NCBI GenBank assembly: GCA_030141605.1
Contig: JAQGDQ010000110.1
Location: 372,001-436,000 of the forward strand
Source: Tubiluchus corallicola
Lineage: Eukaryota > Animalia > Priapulida
Reading direction: 5' to 3'
Length of the DNA: 64,000 nucleotides
Position 1 is the first letter of the stretch. Every line of letters starts with the position of its first letter. Position numbers and translations under genes: made by a program. Shown here piece by piece: positions 56,900 through 64,000 of the stretch. The notes below the pieces were generated by a model. That model was given only the letters and a program-made list of their open reading frames with translations, was not told the origin of the DNA and did not search any database.

Positions 56900-59431
56900 T
56901 TGTGTGCCTGAAAGGAGTTTTATATTTAAAAAAAGGAAGAGGAGGACGAAGAGGACGAGAAAGTGAGGGTGGCGGGAGAAAAGGAGAGGGAATCGACGAG
57001 GTTTATTTGTTTTTCAGAACGGCAGTACTTAGGAATTTCATTTTGACTTAAAAACTTTAAGTTTTATTTTGTTCTTCATTATTGTAATGTCAATGCGTGG
57101 GTTTAAAGTTAATTGAAAATAACGGTATTTTATACATGCTGTCTAAAGCCAAACAAATTATAATGCGTGATCAATTACGTGCTGAAGCCAAATTCTTTTT
57201 AACTCAATAAACGTCTTGTAAATTACTTACATGCATTGCAGTAAACATTCGTAGCTACGTAGTGCGAAACAAATGCGCATTAAAATTACTAAAACTCCCG
57301 ATAGATGGGGCGGCTGACATAAAGTAAAAGTTATACCTAGAGTGCTAGTACAAGGACAAAAAATTTGTTGACCACAGCAATTGCGACACAGTAACAAGTC
57401 GACTAAAATATGACAATTAAAGTAAACATAACACTCTTGAATAGACGTACGCTAATTGGTTCTCAGTACCATAGAACGTTTCGCTTAACTGCTCCAAAGT
57501 GACCTCTAGTGTGAATTTTTGTTTTAATTTTCTCCTACTCATTATTATCATACGAAACATAATGACATGTTGACATAATGACAATAAAGTTACAATTAGG
57601 TTGTTTTTTGATGTCTGCATATCTGTGCATATTTTGTACTAACCGTATTGCTTTTTTGACATAATAGACTCCTAATATTTTGTTGTTATTTCTTTTTTCT
57701 TCTTAGTTTTGATATTATTGTTGTTAAAATGTAAATGTGGTAATACTTGTATGTATACTATATTTTGCGAATAAAGATTATATATTTATATATAATCATA
57801 GACGCAGTGAATGGAAATTTGTAGTTGTCCAAAAACTGTTCCCTACATCTCCTGCACAAAGTACATCTATTAGTACTGATTCTGCTGTATAATAATTCTT
57901 GTGGGTGCTATAAAACCTCGTTCCTTAACCATTTCCTCAAATAATTCATTAAATTCTTATTAGATCAATAGCTTACTACTAAATTATGTATCGATAGCAA
58001 CGCCCGAAGCCCCCTCTTGCAGCAACTTGGCGAAGCCAACTCAGACGACTGTATATTATGCTAGTCTGGCTTCCAGTATTGACGATGTTTTAATTTGTGC
58101 AAGCTCACTGCCGCAGCATGCACGCTTTATCGTACTTCCGGCCAAGACTGTGTTTATCCTCGCGTGTTTCCGGTTACCTTTTTATCTGCTAAATTACAGG
58201 TGTGTGTTTAAAATAACTTTTCTCACAGCGCTGGGCAAATGACACTGAATGAAAGGTATGGACTTACAGTTGTTAATTTACTGTTATAGCTTTTCGTGTG
58301 TTCTTCCCAAGCTACAGTAAGCGGTCTGTGTCGTAATTTTTTTGCAATAGATGCAGGCATATTAGCTTTTTTCTACAATAAAAAGTACGTAATTTTTAGA
58401 TATAATAATCATTTTACGGGCTAATTCTCCTTTGTGTAGACCTATATTTTCCTGGACGTTAACGATCAAATATTTATGTCATAATTTGACTACTTGTTAA
58501 GTAAGTCTCGAAAAAGTTGCCACACACTACAATCCGTACATACAGAGCTACATTTGATTCCTAAATTCCACTGTTACAGTCAGTCTAATTATTGCAGAAA
58601 TGTCTTATATCCTGCGTATCAATTTAGCAACGTATTACTCTCGTTAATAAACTTTCGATTATGATTATGAGCATCACGATTTTCGCTCCACCCCTCCCCC
58701 TTTATCAAATCGTTCCCCCAGCATTTTTCCACCAATCAATTAGCTTGCTCATCAGAGCGAAAGACATAAATGGCAGCAAATGGCTAATAATTATCTATTG
58801 ATTATTCTATTTGCAAGCAGTGAACCCAGCTGTCCGCCAGGGGCACGTTTGTGTCACAACAATTGCTTGGATCGCTCAGAACAGATCTTTGCAGCTGGGA
58901 AACAGCCCCCGTTTAGGCTTTCTATGTCTGGGTCTTCTTTTGGTCCATCGTCCACTCGTATATAAGTTAGTCAAACTTTGTTGTAAATCTTCTTACATAC
59001 ACAATTGCACGTGTGAAGATGCATATTGCTCTGATTTATAGAAATTCTTCAGACACGTGTATCTAATTTTAGGTGTCTTCTATTTTTAATAACAACGATG
59101 TTTCCTTAATTGGTGAATTTATTGCAATATATCTAAATAAACGCTTAAACTTGAATCTACTTAAGAGTATGTTAAGCAGTTTTTTATAAAATGGGGTTTA
59201 AATCGCGTTTACATAAAACCACATTAAATTTAAAAAATTTGTGGGTTCGTAACATCATTAGAAATAACTTGGCATTAAAATTATAATTATTCTTTAATCA
59301 TCCACGGACATTTTAGGCTCAGAATTTATCAAAATAAAAGATTACTCTAATTAGTTAGAATCCTTTTGGTGTGAGCGACCTAACATTCATAAATGCTAGA
59401 CAGATGACCTTGAACTGCCTTGACTCTTGGG

Positions 59432-59503
59432 CTTGCAGTGGCCTAGTGGTCTAAGGCGTCTGCAATGAAAATAGAAGATCCCTGGTTCAAACCAAAGTTG
59501 CAT
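59432..59503 (+). mobile_element. tRNA-derived SINE head or tRNA pseudogene
   Basis: A-box TGGCCTAGTGG (gtggcctagtggtctaaggcg) and B-box GGTTCAAACC at tRNA-like spacing. The acceptor, T and anticodon stems do not pair properly. Confidence 0.55.
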
Positions 59504-59990
59504 TCTTACGCTTTCATATTTCCTGTCCTTTGAGTTTAGTATCAAAAACTTAATTAATTGCAGCTTTGTAACATCATTTAACACTATCCTTAATATGGAA
59601 AGACAATTTCAAAAGCTCAAGAGTTGCTAGCCTATAACAGAAAATTATGTTTCTTGCAAGTTGTACAAATTCCGACGAGGAGTCAGTTACTTCAGTGTTG
59701 TCGTCTGAGCGTAGCAGCCGCATAATTATTGCTAGGCAATGTGATTCAACACTGCTAGACTGTGTGCAGCGTTATTTATGGACATGGGTTTTATAGCAAA
59801 ATCGTTAATTCTTCAGTTTCTCTACATGTCAGAGGGAAAGCTACGATGCATCTGTGTGCTAGTTCGACCAGTAGTCTTACTGTGACACATGATGAAACAA
59901 AACATGGTGTTATTAAATGGCTATAGTGTCTGCAGCAAGAGCAGTTTGTTCATCATGTATTACGCGTACATTTGCACGTTCGTCTGCTGT

Positions 59991-60004
59991 GTTTCTATGG
60001 TAAC
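59991..60004. promoter_or_regulatory. RFX X-box
   Basis: GTTTCTATGGTAAC fits the X-box consensus. Confidence 0.45.
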
Positions 60005-62784
60005 CGCGGCATTAGGTATTCTCTAACTCACCTGCCATAAGGATTTAAATGTCAACTTGGGCAGATATTCACGAGTTTAATCAGAAAGATTGCATCCCGT
60101 AAGTACTGAGTGCAAAGGAAATATAATAACAAAATCAATCAGTTTTCCTTCTTGTATCTATGCTTGTATGATAGGTTATAGAGACATATATGAGTTGCTA
60201 ATGCTTTTACTTTTGAATTTTGTCATTGTAATACGGAACAGTGCCTTCATAACTCCTAAATTTAAAGGGCAGATGTTCACTTAACAGGTAACAAATGGCA
60301 TCTAAATTTAATCACTAGATTTGTTTATAAATATACCTTTTCTTTTTCTTCTGCTCATGTGCATATGTCTGTAGTAAATGTACTTCTTATCACGCTGAGA
60401 GGTAATGATATTTTCTCATACGTATAGCGCTTCCTACGGTTATTTCTATAAACAATCTTTTTATTATCATTGCCCAATCCTGTTGCACCTTACGGCAGAT
60501 GAACAATATTTACTTTAAGGGTGTATCTACAGGCAAGGTTAGGGAAACGTCCCAAATCTCTGAAAAAAAACCCTTCAGTAAATTTAGACATTCAGTAATC
60601 AATTTGTAATTTTGTATTAGCAAGTTATTTTTATAGTTAATTGCAAATGTGCTCTCAGGCAGCTAGCTTAATGTGATCAATGACTTGAATGGGTTTAGCT
60701 GATTTCCCAGTAAATTTGATTCAGAAATAGTCGCTGTTGTTATTGGCTACATTTCAGCAGCAGTGAAGGCAATTACACAGTCTGAACAGAGAAGATTTCT
60801 GAATTGTCAGTGAGTCCTTTTCTGTGGTTTGGACATGCTAGTCACAGCTGGCTTAAATAGACTGGTGAAGCAATTGTCTTCATCGTTTGACGACTAAAAG
60901 ACAAGCCTAGTTTGGACCAACGGTTGAACTCGGTGGCGACCACAATGTCGCTGAACTTCGCACTGGGGGTTATAAGAATCCAAGAATATTGCAAGTCTTT
61001 TAAGGGGCCTAGAAAACTATTTTAGCAATTATTCTGACACTCTGAGTAGGCCTTTATGGATCTTTTGATTGTAGTAATAATTAGTAGTAATAATAAGTAG
61101 TAAGTAGTAATAATTATTTTCTGCTCCAATTATCAAACTATTACTTCTTCTGTAGCACTTTATGTACTGTAGTTTCTGTAGTACTTTATGATATATTATA
61201 ATTTTGTTAACTCTTACTGAAGCAGTGTACTAGTATAGGTCCACCAATTGTATGGTCTTTAATTGTCGTGCTGCTAAAATACACAATTCATTGAAAATAC
61301 ACAAAAAGGCGATGATTTGGCCAATTTTAAGCATTAAGAAATTTCCCTGTTGTTTTTTGTTCGGTAGATGTGTTTTGAGAAGAAAGTACAGTAGTTTTCA
61401 CTTTACAGAAGAGCTCCCTCATCATCCCTACAACCGAAATTTTGTACGAGTGACTCAGACAGAAAACTAGATCTCTTCTTCATAAACCTGTTTATTATAT
61501 TTGTTTAATCGGCAAGTCGACGATCTGGGCCGATAGTACTGAAGGTGGACCTTGCAGACTGGGATCAGCAATCATTAGTTTCATCAATTTTACTAAATAA
61601 ATCACTAATTTTGTCACAACATTTTACAGTATTGGATCGCCATGTTAGCTACGTATTTTTATGCACCTTCTGTTTTGATTTACATTTTTTCCTATTACCT
61701 TGTGTTTGTATTTTCATTAAACTGCATTTATTGATCTCTTCGCACATTTGAGAGCCGCTCTTCAGATCTTTACTCCTTTTATTAAACGTGACGTCATTAG
61801 CTCATAAATTACGTTTCCCCAGCTGCAGATTTGAACTACGGTGTCGCTGCAGTCAGCTGCTTGAACGAGCATTGCGTTTTGTCATTGCTCCACAATGCGC
61901 GTATGAGAATTCTCTCACTCGTTACGCCCTATGAATAAAACATTCGTCCTCATTTACATTTCTCCTACAGTTACATGCAATTAGCTGCTGTTTGAACAGT
62001 TACATTATGTGACATTTCTAAATACATTACTGTATTACCTGCCTACGCTGAGTTTGATTTTGAAAACCACTAGCACCGTGAAATTAGTCCATGTAATAAC
62101 AATTTGTAATAATGGTACGAAGGACGCTATTCGATGATGTCACTTCTCTTGGATGACGTCATTCCCGTTTTACAGGGGTTAAGTGGCTAAAAACTACTAA
62201 TGTATAACTTATTCTCGTGATCATTAAACTATGTAATTTGAAAGTCATTTTTGCAGCACCTGCTTTCGCTAAAGGTATGCCATCGTTTTCAAAATATTAT
62301 CAGGTCTGGTTTGCCCGGAAGATAGGTAAAGCTTTTTAGGACTGATTGGCAATCCATCTAGTAAGAAATGTGCTCAGAAAAAAGCTCTGGTAACTGTTAA
62401 AAAGCAAGTAAGCAACGTTCATTATTAAAGTTTAGCAAGTTGTGTATGTACCTAGTCAAATAGCTTCACAATTCTATTTCTACTGCAAATTATAATGCCC
62501 CAGTACACACTATATTATTCCAATTTCAGAAAAATAGTCTACCATTTTGGCTTCCTGTTTTTAGCACTAATCATGTGAATCATTCCCTGTTAACAACAGA
62601 TGGCAATATTCTTGCTTATTATTAGCAGTCATTACACCACGCTGAGTGATATGTAAGCGTAGCCTAATCGTTAGCTGGATTAATGAAGCTTATACATGTG
62701 GATGTCCCATGGCGCTGGAATGGGGGGCTTGAAGAAATTAGACTTAGTAAAGGCCAACGAATAGTTGGGCATGGAGGACCATTT

Positions 62785-62836
62785 CTCTCTCTCCTCTTCT
62801 CTCTCTCTCTGTCTCACGCACGCACGCACGCACGCA

Positions 62837-62872
<36 letters not shown>

Positions 62873-62905
62873 GTGCCTCTGTCTCTGTCTCTGTTTCTCT
62901 CTCTT
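62785..62905. repeat. (CT)n/(CACG)n microsatellite
   Basis: Visible runs. Confidence 0.9.
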
Positions 62906-64000
62906 TTTGTGCCTTTTTCTTTTCATTGTAAACATGTAAATATGTTGTCTACACGTATGACATGAACTATGTTACATATAAAAATTAACAACAAAAAATA
63001 AAAAATTCAATCAAATGAAAATCAAACCAAAGCTCTCTTTTTTCTCTCTCATTTATTGATTACAGATATGTTGATGATGATGATAACGATGATGATGGTG
63101 ATGATGATGGTAAATCTTTTATTACACCTCTATTTGCAGGCTGAATACATCAGTATCAAAAATGAAATCCCTGTAAAGATATTAGAGACACACATAAATG
63201 CATACTGTACACAATTACATAAAAATAAAAGCAATTGTACAAAATTATATACAAATAAACAAATGCATGCGTATAAACACATGCGTTAGAATGTTCAAAA
63301 TATATACAAAATCTTTAGGTATTGTAAAGTTTTACATAATTGTTGTAATGATCTGATTCGAATTATAATTAAGTTGTTACTTCACCATTGTACACAACGT
63401 CTGTTGTCTATTAGATCTCTATAACTTTAGTACATAAGCAAACTAGTGATAATTTGTAAATATACGTGGAAAAAAACATCGTTGAAGTCTAAACAGTCGT
63501 TCCGCAAATAAAGGTATCCTAGCGATTAGTTAACGTTTTCACAATGTAGTCGTCTAAGTCCAAAAATGCAGTAATTATATACTATGGATAACAGATGGCT
63601 ATCTAAGCAAATGCCTAGTTACAAGAAATACTTCTGAAACAAGATGGAGACGAAAATGGAGGCATCCTTGGAAATAAGTGATTATTGCATGTTGCTGCGT
63701 TTACGGTGTGATAAAACAAACAAATTGTTTAAAAGCTGGGCAGCCTATCTATATGTTTTTATAACGGTTTTTGAAACAAGGCAAAAATATTATCGTTTCC
63801 ACTACGTGCCATGTGTGAAAACATCATAAGAAAACAACTATAAGATGGGTGCTACAAGCGTGTGCAAAACTTTAAGAAATGTATTCCGGAGTTTTCAGAT
63901 CTAGAAACCAGTTTTGCATCTGCTTCTGTAAGAACTTCTCAAAAGCAGTTTTGAAACGGTTATTTGCTTGGAACAAAGTATACATAAGCATTTAGCGAAG

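Noticed and set aside
59432-59503. Functional tRNA gene
   Set aside because: A and B boxes are present but the cloverleaf stems do not pair, so it is recorded as a SINE head or pseudogene.
58195-64000. Plus-strand exon candidates (58200-58255, about 60768-60809, 63141 onward) and the 61-aa ORF at 58780
   Set aside because: Splice-like signals exist but no recognisable protein or consistent frame chain emerges. They may be UTR exons of a gene outside the window.

Overview
This is AT-rich, intron-containing genomic DNA from a metazoan, probably a bilaterian invertebrate, so most ORF-track entries are spurious. Manual GT-AG splicing recovers seven genes. (1) The last exon of a C8-domain protein (+). 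(2) A divergent POMK-like Golgi kinase (+; three exons, start unresolved). (3) A complete 15-coding-exon PI4KB (-; about 854 aa). (4) A secreted PAN/apple plus C-type lectin (-). (5) An intronless Tre1/Moody-like GPCR (-). (6) A GT31 beta-1,3-glycosyltransferase (-). (7) An MGC-start, STMND1-like stathmin-domain gene (-). Non-coding DNA holds several MITEs with intact TIRs and TSDs, decayed LINE fragments, tRNA- and 5S-like remnants, and mini- and microsatellites. The most unusual observations are an array of about 30 copies of the PI4KB exon-12 splice-donor junction filling the adjacent intron, and a chain of stop-start-coupled uORFs (TAATG, TGATG) running into the PI4KB ATG. Also notable are a frame-incompatible cassette in the stathmin-like gene and RFX X-boxes upstream of it. 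All homology calls come from remembered motifs, not database searches.
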